DNA of 64,000 nucleotides from Terriglobia bacterium (GTDB lineage Bacteria; Acidobacteriota; Terriglobia; 20CM-2-55-15): NCBI GenBank assembly GCA_963664115.2, contig CAXWPJ010000005.1, positions 224,001 to 288,000 of the forward strand, read 5' to 3'. Shown piece by piece: positions 20,408 to 29,678 of this stretch (position 1 is its first letter; each line of letters starts with the position of its first letter). The notes under the pieces were generated by a model. It saw only the letters and a program-made list of their open reading frames with translations, ran no database searches and was not told where the DNA came from. The position numbers and the translations under genes were made by a program.

Positions 20408-20592
20408 ATGTGAGGAACTTCCAATTCAGGACACCAGTCCACTCGTAGCACAGAGTTCCCCACACCGTTGTACTCACCACTCATATGTCACACAGCCGTC
20501 GTATGAATGACACTAATCCTTGCCGAGACTAAACCTTTCCGTGTCGCATCCTGTCTAACCGAAAAACCGTACCAATGTGTGCGGTTCAACTC

Positions 20593-22449
20593 ATGAAGAC
20601 GAATCGAACTACCCGGCCCAGGCTGTCTCTGTCATTCGTCCTGATTGGCGTGTTGTGCCTTCTCCTTCCGGTATTGGCCTTTCTTCAATACCGGTGGATT
20701 GGTCAGGTGAGCGCGGCCGAGCGCGAGCGGCTGGAGGAGGGTCTGGGCAATGCAGCGCGCCGCTTCGTTGAAGACATTTTCCGGGAATTCTCCGACGTCG
20801 CCTCGAATTTCCAGCTTCAGGCCACTACGGAAACTGACCCCTTGGAAGCGCAGCTTTCCCGAAGCCTGGAACACTGGAATAGCACCGCCGCCTACCCCGA
20901 CATCGTACGGTCGGTCTTTATTTCCGAATTGAACTCGGCAGGCGAACTGGTCCTCGGTCGATTTGATCCGGAGATCGGGTCCCTGGACACGACGGAGTGG
21001 CCGAAGTCGATGGATGGCCTGAAGCTTCGTCTCGATCGAATCACGGACTTTCAGCGCGCGGATTCTTCTGGAACGCCATTTGATTCCCGACCGAACGCGT
21101 TTCGTGACCTGGCTTCTGTTTCCGGTGACAGTGATTCGGTCTGGGTCCTGGTGCCACTCGTCAGGGCAGCCGATTTATTGATCGGGAACATTCAGCGGAC
21201 GCTCGCGGGCTGGACCTTGATTGAAATCGACAGCGATGTCCTCGCAGCCGAGTTGCTCCCAGCCACAGTGGTCACACACTTCGATGCACGGGATTACAAA
21301 GTCGTCGTGTTCGAATCGGACCGATCTGACCGGGTCGTATTCCGATCCGAAGAAACGTTATCCCGAAACGGAATGGCCTCGCCCGACCTGGCCGTCACCG
21401 CGTTCGCTTCCGAACCGCTCGGACCCGGTGGCCTGGCGACCCTGGCCCCCCAACGGGGCCGAGGTCGCAGGATTCCACCCGGACGCCTCACGAATCGCGA
21501 TCCAAGGTCCGAGGGCCGGGGCCCGGGCCGGCGCCTCGGTCCTCAGGCAATTCCCTTTACCCTGTTCGGAGCTTCATGGCAGTTGGTCGCTCAGCATCAG
21601 GCGGGTTCACTCGAGAGTGCCGTATCGACTCTTCGACGGCGCAACCTGTTTGTTGGACTTGGAATCCTGGCACTGCTCGGCGTGTCGGCGATCATGACAA
21701 TCGTGTGGGCTGAACGGCTCCGTTCCATCGGCCGACTCCAAATGGAATTCGCGGCAGGAATATCTCACGAAATAAGAACTCCGCTTACCACGATACGCAC
21801 GGCGGCACACAACATCGCGTCCGGCGTCGTGAGCAAACCTGAAGAAATCCGCGAATACGCAATGATGGTGAAGGACGAGGGCAGACGACTCTCTCAGATG
21901 GTGGACCAGACCATAGAGTTTGCTCAGACCGAATCGGGCCGTCGCCACTACGAACTGCGTCGGGTGGACATCGGCCGGGTGATCGAGCGAACGCTCGGCG
22001 TCACGTTTGCGTCATCGGACGCGGCGCAGCAGAAAGTCTCGATCGATATTGCTCCGACGCTGCCCTGTGTCCTTGCTGATGAGACCGCTCTGACGCACTC
22101 ACTGGGAAATCTCATCGTGAATGCACTCAAGTACGGAGCCGGGGATGGGACTGTCGTAATCGAGGCGCATCCAGACACCCGGACGAATCGAGTGCAGCTC
22201 AGCGTGAGCAACTCAGGAACAACGATCGATTCCTCCGACATCCAGCACATATTCGAACCTTTTTATCGCGGCCGACAGATCGGTCAAACACCCGGAAGCG
22301 GTCTGGGGCTGAGTTTGGTTCGAAAAATGATCGAGGGCCAGAACGGCAAAGTCACGGTATCGAGTCAAGCGGGCAAGACGCGGTTTACGCTGCACATACC
22401 TGTGGCGCCACCGATCGAAAATGCGATTTCGACAGGAGCAGTGCTTTGA
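20593..22449 (+). CDS. Membrane sensor histidine kinase
   Basis: Two TM segments; H-box ISHEIRTPL; N-box NLIVNALKY; IFEPFYR; GSGLGL. Alternative start at 20575. Confidence 0.93.
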   Translation: MKTNRTTRPRLSLSFVLIGVLCLLLPVLAFLQYRWIGQVSAAERERLEEGLGNAARRFVEDIFREFSDVASNFQLQATTETDPLEAQLSRSLEHWNSTAAYPDIVRSVFISELNSAGELVLGRFDPEIGSLDTTEWPKSMDGLKLRLDRITDFQRADSSGTPFDSRPNAFRDLASVSGDSDSVWVLVPLVRAADLLIGNIQRTLAGWTLIEIDSDVLAAELLPATVVTHFDARDYKVVVFESDRSDRVVFRSEETLSRNGMASPDLAVTAFASEPLGPGGLATLAPQRGRGRRIPPGRLTNRDPRSEGRGPGRRLGPQAIPFTLFGASWQLVAQHQAGSLESAVSTLRRRNLFVGLGILALLGVSAIMTIVWAERLRSIGRLQMEFAAGISHEIRTPLTTIRTAAHNIASGVVSKPEEIREYAMMVKDEGRRLSQMVDQTIEFAQTESGRRHYELRRVDIGRVIERTLGVTFASSDAAQQKVSIDIAPTLPCVLADETALTHSLGNLIVNALKYGAGDGTVVIEAHPDTRTNRVQLSVSNSGTTIDSSDIQHIFEPFYRGRQIGQTPGSGLGLSLVRKMIEGQNGKVTVSSQAGKTRFTLHIPVAPPIENAISTGAVL

Positions 22450-23153
22450 ATGCCGTAGTAGCCGACCCACGACGACGCGTTCTCCTGGTCGAAGACGAAG
22501 CAGCTCTGGCACGCACCCTGGTGGACCTGCTGCACGCGGAGGGATATCAAGTCGAAACTCGCGCCGATGGTGCTCTTGCGCTGGATGCTGCTTGCAAGGA
22601 AGCCCACGATCTCATAGTGCTGGACGTGATGCTCCCGTCCATGGACGGATTCGAAATTTCGGACACGCTTCGCAAGCGGGGAATCAACACTCCCATCATC
22701 ATGTTGACAGCCCGCGATGAACTTGGAGACAAAGTGGAGGGGCTCCGATCCGGCGCCGACGACTACCTGACCAAGCCTTTCGAAGCGGAAGAGCTTCTTG
22801 CCAGAATCGAAGCTCTATTGCGCCGCACCTGCAAAGATACCGGTAGTGACCTGATGTCCTATGAATTCGGGGAAGTTCAAATCGACTTCGCCAGGAATCG
22901 ATTGATCGGCAGCGCGACAGCAACCAACCTGACGGAACAGGAATCCCGACTGCTGCGCTATCTGGTGCGTCATCGGGGCGAGGTCGTTTCTCGGGAAGCG
23001 CTGCTGACGGAAGTTTGGGGTTACCGATCGATACCCTTCACGAGAACAGTTGACGTGCATATTGCTTGGCTGAGACAAAAGATTGAGCCGAACCCGAAAT
23101 CACCACGCTACATCACAACCGTTCGGGGACAAGGTTACCGCTTTGACGGCTGA
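22446..23153 (+). CDS. OmpR/PhoB-family response regulator
   Basis: LLVEDE, LDVMLP, GADDYLTKPF, winged helix with RTVDVHIAWLRQKIE and TVRGQGY; overlaps the kinase stop. Confidence 0.95.
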   Translation: MNAVVADPRRRVLLVEDEAALARTLVDLLHAEGYQVETRADGALALDAACKEAHDLIVLDVMLPSMDGFEISDTLRKRGINTPIIMLTARDELGDKVEGLRSGADDYLTKPFEAEELLARIEALLRRTCKDTGSDLMSYEFGEVQIDFARNRLIGSATATNLTEQESRLLRYLVRHRGEVVSREALLTEVWGYRSIPFTRTVDVHIAWLRQKIEPNPKSPRYITTVRGQGYRFDG

Positions 23154-23247
23154 GAAGCAGAGTGACACACCGATTCCTGAAACGATGCTGCGACACAACC
23201 GTAGACATTCCGGGGTGGACGCGCCACCCCGAAACTGTCCGTAGTAT

Positions 23248-23790
23248 TTACCGGCCGGGGCGAGGCCTCGGGGAATCGCCACCCCGACCGCCGCGGGGAC
23301 CATCGCCGCGACCTGAGCCGTCGCCACGACCCGAAGCGCCGCCACGGAACGCCTCGATGCTGTCGAGTTTTTCCTGCTGGTTCAAGGTCAGCAAGCTCCG
23401 GAACTCAGCCATGAATTCCTCATTGATCGCACGTAGCTGCTCCTGCAGTTCGCGATGAGCCAGAACCGCATTTCCGATGACCGTCGGATCTCCGCTATCG
23501 GTGGCCGCCCGAAGGGCTTCGCGAGCCGAGTTTATCTGGACCTGAAATGCCTCCTGTGTGGCCTGACGCTGTTCGAACAAGGCCTCGGCGCTCGCCACCT
23601 GCGATGGAGTTAATTCCAGAGCCGTTGTGAGTCTTTCGAGAGGATTCCGTTCTCCCCCTCCCCTCCGCTCGCCATCACTCACACCCTCAGGAGGGTCAAA
23701 GTCACCTCGGCGTCCTCGAGGTCCCTGTGCAAGGACGGGCAAAGCCAGAGCAAAACACAAAGTCGTTAGTCCTATAATTTTAAAATTCAT
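23248..23790 (-). CDS. Spy/CpxP-like periplasmic helical protein
   Basis: ATG at 23790 with AGGAGA RBS; signal peptide; two LTxxQ motifs (LELTPSQ, LLTLNQQ); Gly/Arg-rich termini. Confidence 0.75.
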   Translation of the reverse strand: MNFKIIGLTTLCFALALPVLAQGPRGRRGDFDPPEGVSDGERRGGGERNPLERLTTALELTPSQVASAEALFEQRQATQEAFQVQINSAREALRAATDSGDPTVIGNAVLAHRELQEQLRAINEEFMAEFRSLLTLNQQEKLDSIEAFRGGASGRGDGSGRGDGPRGGRGGDSPRPRPGR

Positions 23791-23952
23791 CACTGAGTCT
23801 CCTTCTAAATCGTGTTGTCCAGGTTCGGATTCATGGACTGACTGCATCCTGCAATTCAGCCCTCGCAAGTGAGGGTCAGCACCCGCATTGGGGTCTCAGT
23901 ACGGGTGGGGCCTGTCACTTCTCAATTGGACAAACGATTCAAAGAAAGGGTG

Positions 23953-23969
23953 TGTTAAACGATGTTAAA
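23953..23969. promoter_or_regulatory. Candidate OmpR-family binding box
   Basis: TGTTAAA-N3-TGTTAAA direct repeat with a 10-bp period, upstream of the Spy/CpxP-like gene. Confidence 0.45.
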
Positions 23970-24008
23970 GAGGATTTCTTGACTTAAAGGAATAGGAAGA
24001 ATCGTCGG

Positions 24009-24611
24009 TCACTGGCCGCTCTCGATCATGCGTTCGGTCTGGTGCGTCCGCAGCAATTCGGCGCCGATCCGCTTGCTCAGGTACAGTTTGGATTCCCGAT
24101 GGTCGTCCAGGTCCGGCTGCAGTTTGACCACGTTGAATTGCAAATGATCCAGGGTCGACCGCAGCGGGTAGAACTTGTTTTTCGTCTTGACGACAAACTC
24201 GTGATAGCCGTGCTGGTGCGCCCATTCCTCCTGCTGTTCGGTGAGCGCGCGGTAGTGCCCCTGACCCCGCCAGTCCTTTCGCGTGCCGCCAATCCAGCTG
24301 TAAAAAATTTTTCGATCGGGAAACTGCACGCATCCGGAAATCTGACTGACCAAATCGACGAGTTTGGCCTGGGTTTCAAACTCGCGAAGTTCGTGGCCGA
24401 CCTTGAACGCGACAGGAATCAGCTCATCGTCGTCTTCCGATAGCCGAGCCATGGAAAGCAGTATCAGACATTCCCTGTCGGAGAGGCGCTCCATGATTTC
24501 GTCTACAGTTTTTTTGTTTCTGAATTCCGGAAAATTTTCTTCAATGTACTGCACCTCCAAAGCACCTTGTTCGACGTCGTACTGCCGGACCACATGCTTC
24601 ATGCCGACCAC
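24009..24611 (-). CDS. GNAT-family N-acetyltransferase
   Basis: FKVGHE, FYSWIGGTRKDWRGQG (acetyl-CoA motif A), VKTKNKF. Confidence 0.8.
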   Translation of the reverse strand: MVGMKHVVRQYDVEQGALEVQYIEENFPEFRNKKTVDEIMERLSDRECLILLSMARLSEDDDELIPVAFKVGHELREFETQAKLVDLVSQISGCVQFPDRKIFYSWIGGTRKDWRGQGHYRALTEQQEEWAHQHGYHEFVVKTKNKFYPLRSTLDHLQFNVVKLQPDLDDHRESKLYLSKRIGAELLRTHQTERMIESGQ

Positions 24612-24665
24612 GATAACACGTTTCGAAACCCCTCATAAGCGTCGATAAATCGGATTACTACACGC

Positions 24666-24694
24666 AAAAAGGCGCACCTGCCAGAGTGCGCCTT
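24666..24694 (-). terminator. Rho-independent terminator after the FKBP gene
   Basis: GGCGCAC/GTGCGCC stem followed by a U-tract on the minus strand (AAAAA at 24666-24670 on plus). Confidence 0.65.
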
Positions 24695-24716
24695 ACCATG
24701 AGACTTGTGCTGATCG

Positions 24717-25136
24717 TTAGAGGATGCCGAACAGCTCGACTTCGAAGTTCAGAGTCGCGTTCGGCGGTATCACGCCCCCCGCACCCCGACTGCCGTAACC
24801 GAGATCGGGCGGGATAATCAGCTCGCGTTTTCCACCGATCTTCATGCCGACGACACCTTCGTCCCAGCCACCGATCACGCTACCCGCTCCGAGTCTGAAC
24901 TCGAAGGGCTGGCCGCGGTCCACGGAACTGTCGAACTTGGCCGCGCGGGCGCCATCCACCCAAAGCCAGCCGGTGTAATGAACCTGGACCGTGACGCCGG
25001 CAACAGCCTCGGTGCCGTCACCCACTGTGTGATCAATATATTGGAGTCCTGAGTCAGTCGTAGTCATATTGGATTGTGCGACGGCATAGGCGGCCACACT
25101 TAGAATCAGGCTCAAAAACACCATTGATTTTTTCAT
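24717..25136 (-). CDS. FKBP-type peptidyl-prolyl cis-trans isomerase, exported
   Basis: [48 protein letters not shown]. Confidence 0.96.
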   Translation of the reverse strand: MKKSMVFLSLILSVAAYAVAQSNMTTTDSGLQYIDHTVGDGTEAVAGVTVQVHYTGWLWVDGARAAKFDSSVDRGQPFEFRLGAGSVIGGWDEGVVGMKIGGKRELIIPPDLGYGSRGAGGVIPPNATLNFEVELFGIL

Positions 25137-25203
25137 GCCGTAGTGGCTCCTCTCGCTTGAACAATTTTAGTCATATCGCCTTTGAGTACACGATTAATGT
25201 TGC

Positions 25204-26970
25204 TTAGGGGACGGATGGAATGAGTTGGGGTTGAATTTGCGACTGGCTGGCTTGTTCGATCTCGATGCGCTCACCAAAGTCTTCGTAAAGGTCGACAAAG
25301 CCCGGGTCCTGGAACGCACCAGCGGGGGCGTCTTCCCAAGCGAAGACGCGGTAATTTCCAGGAGCAATACCGGTCAAAGTAAACCGTCCATATTGGTCAG
25401 CGCTGGCAACTTTATAAAGATCGTTCCGTTCCGGGTCTTCCGGGATCAAAACGACTTGAGCCCCCGTATATGTCTGGTCGGATCGGATCCGAACGGTCCC
25501 GTCCAGCGTCCCCCCGGCTCCGCTGACCCAGAATTCAATCGGCCCAAGATCGGCTGTGACTTGAATACCCTCGCCCAGGACGTCGCGTCCGCCGATAACC
25601 GCCGCGGCGAGGTAAGCGCCATCGGGTAAGCCGGTGAGCGACACCCTGTGGTTAGTCTGACTCACGTTGTCGATGGCGAAAGTTCCGTCATCGGCCACCC
25701 TCCCATTCGGTGATCCTACGGGGAGGTTCTCGGTGGCCCGCAGACGTACCCGCATACGGGAAACGTTAATCTCGCTGGCGCTCTGGTCCACAAGAACGCG
25801 TCCGGTCACCGGGACATTCTGACGAACAGGAATGATGAGTCCCCGAACATCATCAGCACCCACTTCGATATCCAGAAAACCTGCCATTCGAACGCCGCCG
25901 CCCCCGCGACCACGGTCCTGGCGCGAACGCACCATGGCAACCAATGTGTAAGAACCCGGAACAACACCCGCAAGCTCGAACGTGCCATCAGAATTCACGC
26001 CCCCACCGCCGCGTCCCCCACGCCCGCCACCACGAAACGCAAAACGGCCTGCCGCAACGGCACTGTTCCTTTGGGCGATCGTGACGGTCGGGACCAGACT
26101 CTCCTGTTCGGAGAACGGTCCGACCACAGCCCCACTGAGGACAACGGCGCGCGTCGGCAGAACCGTAAAATCTACGGCGCGCACTTCCGATGCAGGCGTA
26201 ACTGTCAGCGGTGACGCAGTCACAGGATCATGGGTGCCGGGGTAATAGGTATCGACGTAAATTTCCTCCATGGGGTCCGACGCGGCCAGGTCCACCAGGA
26301 GGCCTTCTCGCAGCTCCAGCGCCGGCGGCCGTCCTGCCAGAAAGGATTCCCGCAACCTCGAGGCGGCCCGGAAGCGGGCCTCGAACGTCGCGCTGATGTA
26401 GTATTCGCCTAGCGTCAGCCAATAGAGCCGGTATTCCCCCAGATCATTGGTCTGAGTCTGGCGCACAGGAGAAAGAACTCTCCCCTCTGCGCCATATTCG
26501 TAGCGGAACGCACGCACGCTCGCACCGACGATCGGCTCCCCATCCTCGTCAAACACACGTCCTGAAATCGTTCCCGTTGGAATCAGACTGACAAGGACAT
26601 CCTGAACCTGCTGACCGGGGACAAGAACCAATACCGTTCCCGGACGATTGGTACTGACCTGACCATACTCCTGGTCGACATACCCGTCACGCTCGATGTG
26701 CAGCCGGTAACTTCCCGCCTGGATGTTGGTGAGCAGGAACCCGCCACCGGCATCGGTCACCGCACCGAAGACCGGTTCACGGCCCTCGATGGAACGCAAC
26801 ACGATGCGCGCCTTGGAGAGTGGCTCTCCGGTACCGCTCTTAACAACGTAGCCTTCAATGCGGGCCGGATCAGGATCTTCTTGATTGGAGTTTGAGACTG
26901 GCGTCTGGGCACAAACCAGCGAAGCGGACAGGAGTCCGGTCAGGATCAGAAAACCTGGGCGTCTCAACAT
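25204..26970 (-). CDS. Secreted carboxypeptidase-regulatory-like (tandem beta-sandwich) domain protein
   Basis: Signal peptide; repeated ISGRVFDEDGEPI, TNDLGEYRL, YYPGT, DQYGRFTLTGIAPGNYRVFAWE. Alternative start at 26997. Confidence 0.8.
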   Translation of the reverse strand: MLRRPGFLILTGLLSASLVCAQTPVSNSNQEDPDPARIEGYVVKSGTGEPLSKARIVLRSIEGREPVFGAVTDAGGGFLLTNIQAGSYRLHIERDGYVDQEYGQVSTNRPGTVLVLVPGQQVQDVLVSLIPTGTISGRVFDEDGEPIVGASVRAFRYEYGAEGRVLSPVRQTQTNDLGEYRLYWLTLGEYYISATFEARFRAASRLRESFLAGRPPALELREGLLVDLAASDPMEEIYVDTYYPGTHDPVTASPLTVTPASEVRAVDFTVLPTRAVVLSGAVVGPFSEQESLVPTVTIAQRNSAVAAGRFAFRGGGRGGRGGGGVNSDGTFELAGVVPGSYTLVAMVRSRQDRGRGGGGVRMAGFLDIEVGADDVRGLIIPVRQNVPVTGRVLVDQSASEINVSRMRVRLRATENLPVGSPNGRVADDGTFAIDNVSQTNHRVSLTGLPDGAYLAAAVIGGRDVLGEGIQVTADLGPIEFWVSGAGGTLDGTVRIRSDQTYTGAQVVLIPEDPERNDLYKVASADQYGRFTLTGIAPGNYRVFAWEDAPAGAFQDPGFVDLYEDFGERIEIEQASQSQIQPQLIPSVP

Positions 26971-27210
26971 TATTGAGTGCGTCTGGAACAAAATCACCTC
27001 GCTCGGTTATCGAGCAACCTGACAGTCATTTTATCACTATCATTCCGACAACCTACCAACTGCAAAGCCCATAGTATTCATTCGGACACCAAGAATATGA
27101 TTTCGTTTCAGGATTTGTGTTCACGCAGGACATTCACAGAGAAGGAAAATATTCGCATGTGCAAATCATTCCCCCGTTCCGGCCCCTGCCTTGTGTAACT
27201 ATTTCCACTG

Positions 27211-28455
27211 ATGACGCCGCAATCCTCTCTGATTCAGGTCTTCCGGAACCGGAAAATGGGCTTCCTGCTCCTCCTGAGCTTTTCCTCAGGCATGCCCTTT
27301 TATCTCACCAGGGGGCCGCTGCAGGCCTGGTTGACACTGGAGGGCGTCCCCCTGACGACGGTCGGACTACTGAGCCTTGTCGGCTTGCCGTATGCAGTGA
27401 AGTTCCTGTGGTCGCCCATATTGGACCGCTTTACGTTTTCAGGTCTTGGACGCCGGCGCGGATGGATGGCCCTGTCCCAGCTTCTGCTGTTGGGGGCCAT
27501 CGCATCAATGGCCTTCGGACGGCCCGGGACCAGCATCTCTTTCATAGCCATTCTAGCCCTCATCATCGCGTTTCTGAGTGCCACACAGGACATCGCAGTC
27601 GACGCCTACCGGACCGACGTCCTTGATCCCCACGAAATGGGCGCCGGCGCGGGCATCACGGCGCTGGGATACCGCATTGCCCTTATTCTTACCGGTGGCG
27701 GTGCTTTTATCCTCGCCGACTACACATCATGGCCTCGTGTTTACCTCATCATGGCCGCTTTCATGCTCGTCGGCCTGATGGCTTCCCTCCGTGCTCCCGA
27801 ACCCGAGAACCCGGGCCAGCCACCGGCCTCTCTCAGCGAAGCGGTCCGCGCACCGTTCTCCGAATTCTGGAAACGATTCGGCGCCGGCCCCGCTGTCCTC
27901 GTGTTGTCGTTTATCGCGCTCTATAAACTGGGAGACGCCCTGATCACGAACATGACGACGCCCTTCTTGCTCCAAACAGGTTTCACGCAGACTGAAATCG
28001 GGTTGGTTCAGGGAGTGGTCGGCTTAAGCGCCTCCATCGTCGGAGCCCTGGCTGGCGGGGCACTGTTGAGCCGAATGGAAATCTTGCGCGCGCTCTGGAT
28101 TTTCGGCCTGCTTCAGGCAGGAACCAACCTTCTATATATGATCCTCGCCCAGGCAGGACACCACTACCCGCTGATGATCCTCACGATCACTGTTGAAAAT
28201 TTCTGTTCCGGTCTCGGCACCGCAGCATTCCTGGCCTTCCTGATGCGTCTCTGCAACCACAATTTCTCAGCGACTCAGTATGCCCTGCTGTCCTCGCTGT
28301 GGGCGTTTACCCGAGACGTCGGTGCGGCTCCGGCAGGTGGGATGGCCGAAATAATGGGCTGGCCTTTTTTCTTTCTGACAACCTTCTTCGTTGCTCTGCC
28401 GGCCCTGGTTTTATTAAGGGTTCTGGTTCGCAATACGCTCCCGGATACCGTCTGA
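27211..28455 (+). CDS. ampG: AmpG-family muropeptide MFS permease
   Basis: FSSGMPF, KFLWSPILDR, GRRRGW, SATQDIAVDAYR, SATQYALLSS. Confidence 0.92.
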   Translation: MTPQSSLIQVFRNRKMGFLLLLSFSSGMPFYLTRGPLQAWLTLEGVPLTTVGLLSLVGLPYAVKFLWSPILDRFTFSGLGRRRGWMALSQLLLLGAIASMAFGRPGTSISFIAILALIIAFLSATQDIAVDAYRTDVLDPHEMGAGAGITALGYRIALILTGGGAFILADYTSWPRVYLIMAAFMLVGLMASLRAPEPENPGQPPASLSEAVRAPFSEFWKRFGAGPAVLVLSFIALYKLGDALITNMTTPFLLQTGFTQTEIGLVQGVVGLSASIVGALAGGALLSRMEILRALWIFGLLQAGTNLLYMILAQAGHHYPLMILTITVENFCSGLGTAAFLAFLMRLCNHNFSATQYALLSSLWAFTRDVGAAPAGGMAEIMGWPFFFLTTFFVALPALVLLRVLVRNTLPDTV

Positions 28456-28746
28456 AACGAGCCCGTCCAGCCAGTTTCAATTTCGGAAGGGATGTGGTAC
28501 GGTCGAGCCCTTATTTTGAAGATGCTGTGATTTAGTGGGGGCCGGACCCCAAAAACACTTCACGATCTTAAAACCAGACGACGGCGGTCTCGATCTGCGA
28601 TTCGCACGGGCAACCCGCATGGCCGGCTTCGAAACGGTGGCACCGAGTGCAACCCATCGAAATCTGATCAGGCGCCTGGTTGGCAAATCAGGTCGCACAG
28701 CCCACAGATTGGAGTCCGTCACGAGTACTGAACCAGAGGAGGGACG

Positions 28747-29526
28747 ATGAGCGGATTGGAGGCAATTTTCCGATGGATGCATGTCTTCGTAGGAATCATC
28801 TGGATTGGGCACCTCTACTTCTTCAACTGGGTCAACGGCCCGATGGCGGCCAAGCTTGACGGCCCGACCAAGAAAGCTGTCGTTCCCGAACTGATGCCAC
28901 GGGCACTGTACTGGTTCCGCTGGGGAGCGGCATGGACGTGGATCACTGGCGTGCTCCTGCTGGGTCTGGTCTATTACATGGGCGAACAGACGCTGGCCAC
29001 AGGCGCGACCTGGTCGGCCGGCCCGATCATCATGATCGCGGTCTCCTTCCTCGCCGTCTTCGTATACGACGGTCTCTGGAAAACAAGTATCGCTGGCAAC
29101 GTGCGGGCCGCGGTGATAGTGACCTTTCTGCTGCTCTCCGTCGTGGTCGCGCTGTTCGTCTATCTCGGCGAATTCAGCTTCCGTGGGACCTTGATTCATA
29201 CCGGAGTCGTGTTTGGCACGGCGATGGCGTTCAACGTCTGGGTCCGTATCTGGCCGGCGCAGCAAAAAATCATACGCGCGATCAAGAACGGCGAAGCGCC
29301 AGACGGTGATCTGGTCAAACTTGCCGGACTACGGTCCAAGCACAATACCTACATGTCGCTGCCGCTGCTGTGGGCCATGCTCGGGCAACACACGACCTTT
29401 TTCGCGGGAGGAAATCTGGGAATTCCCTCCGACCTCTACTGGGTGTTCTGGCTGTTCATGATTGCGCTGGGATGGCACATCGTATTCCACTGCTACAAGA
29501 AGGCCGGGAAGGTCCCGGGCTTCTAA
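28747..29526 (+). CDS. Urate hydroxylase PuuD-like integral membrane protein (no cytochrome c domain)
   Basis: RWMHVFVGIIWIGHLYFFN, WFRWGAAWTWITG, MAFNVW..IWPAQQK, RSKHNTY; GAGG RBS. Confidence 0.8.
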   Translation: MSGLEAIFRWMHVFVGIIWIGHLYFFNWVNGPMAAKLDGPTKKAVVPELMPRALYWFRWGAAWTWITGVLLLGLVYYMGEQTLATGATWSAGPIIMIAVSFLAVFVYDGLWKTSIAGNVRAAVIVTFLLLSVVVALFVYLGEFSFRGTLIHTGVVFGTAMAFNVWVRIWPAQQKIIRAIKNGEAPDGDLVKLAGLRSKHNTYMSLPLLWAMLGQHTTFFAGGNLGIPSDLYWVFWLFMIALGWHIVFHCYKKAGKVPGF

Positions 29527-29538
29527 AAGAAATTGGGA

Positions 29539-29577
29539 ACGGAGCCCGAACCCGCGTTCTGCGGATTCCGGCTCCGT
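29539..29577. terminator. Hairpin downstream of the PuuD-like gene
   Basis: ACGGAGCC...GGCTCCGT stem with an inner CCGC/GCGG stem. Confidence 0.45.
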
Positions 29578-29678
29578 CACCGTTTCACCCTCTCCACCTC
29601 GAAAGCTCCCACCATGTCGGAACCACTCGCGTCGTATAATTGTTGGACGACAAGGTTGCCGTCCCCACCCTCGAGCTT

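Noticed and set aside
20322-20510. Small ORFs overlapping the structured repeat (also 32524-32718, 32455-32694) as a conserved peptide
   Set aside because: Starts, lengths and frames differ between the copies; the substitutions preserve base pairing, not a reading frame.
28630-28655. GTGGCACCGAGT, resembling a Cas9 tracrRNA 3' hairpin
   Set aside because: Short chance match; no anti-repeat, array or cas9.
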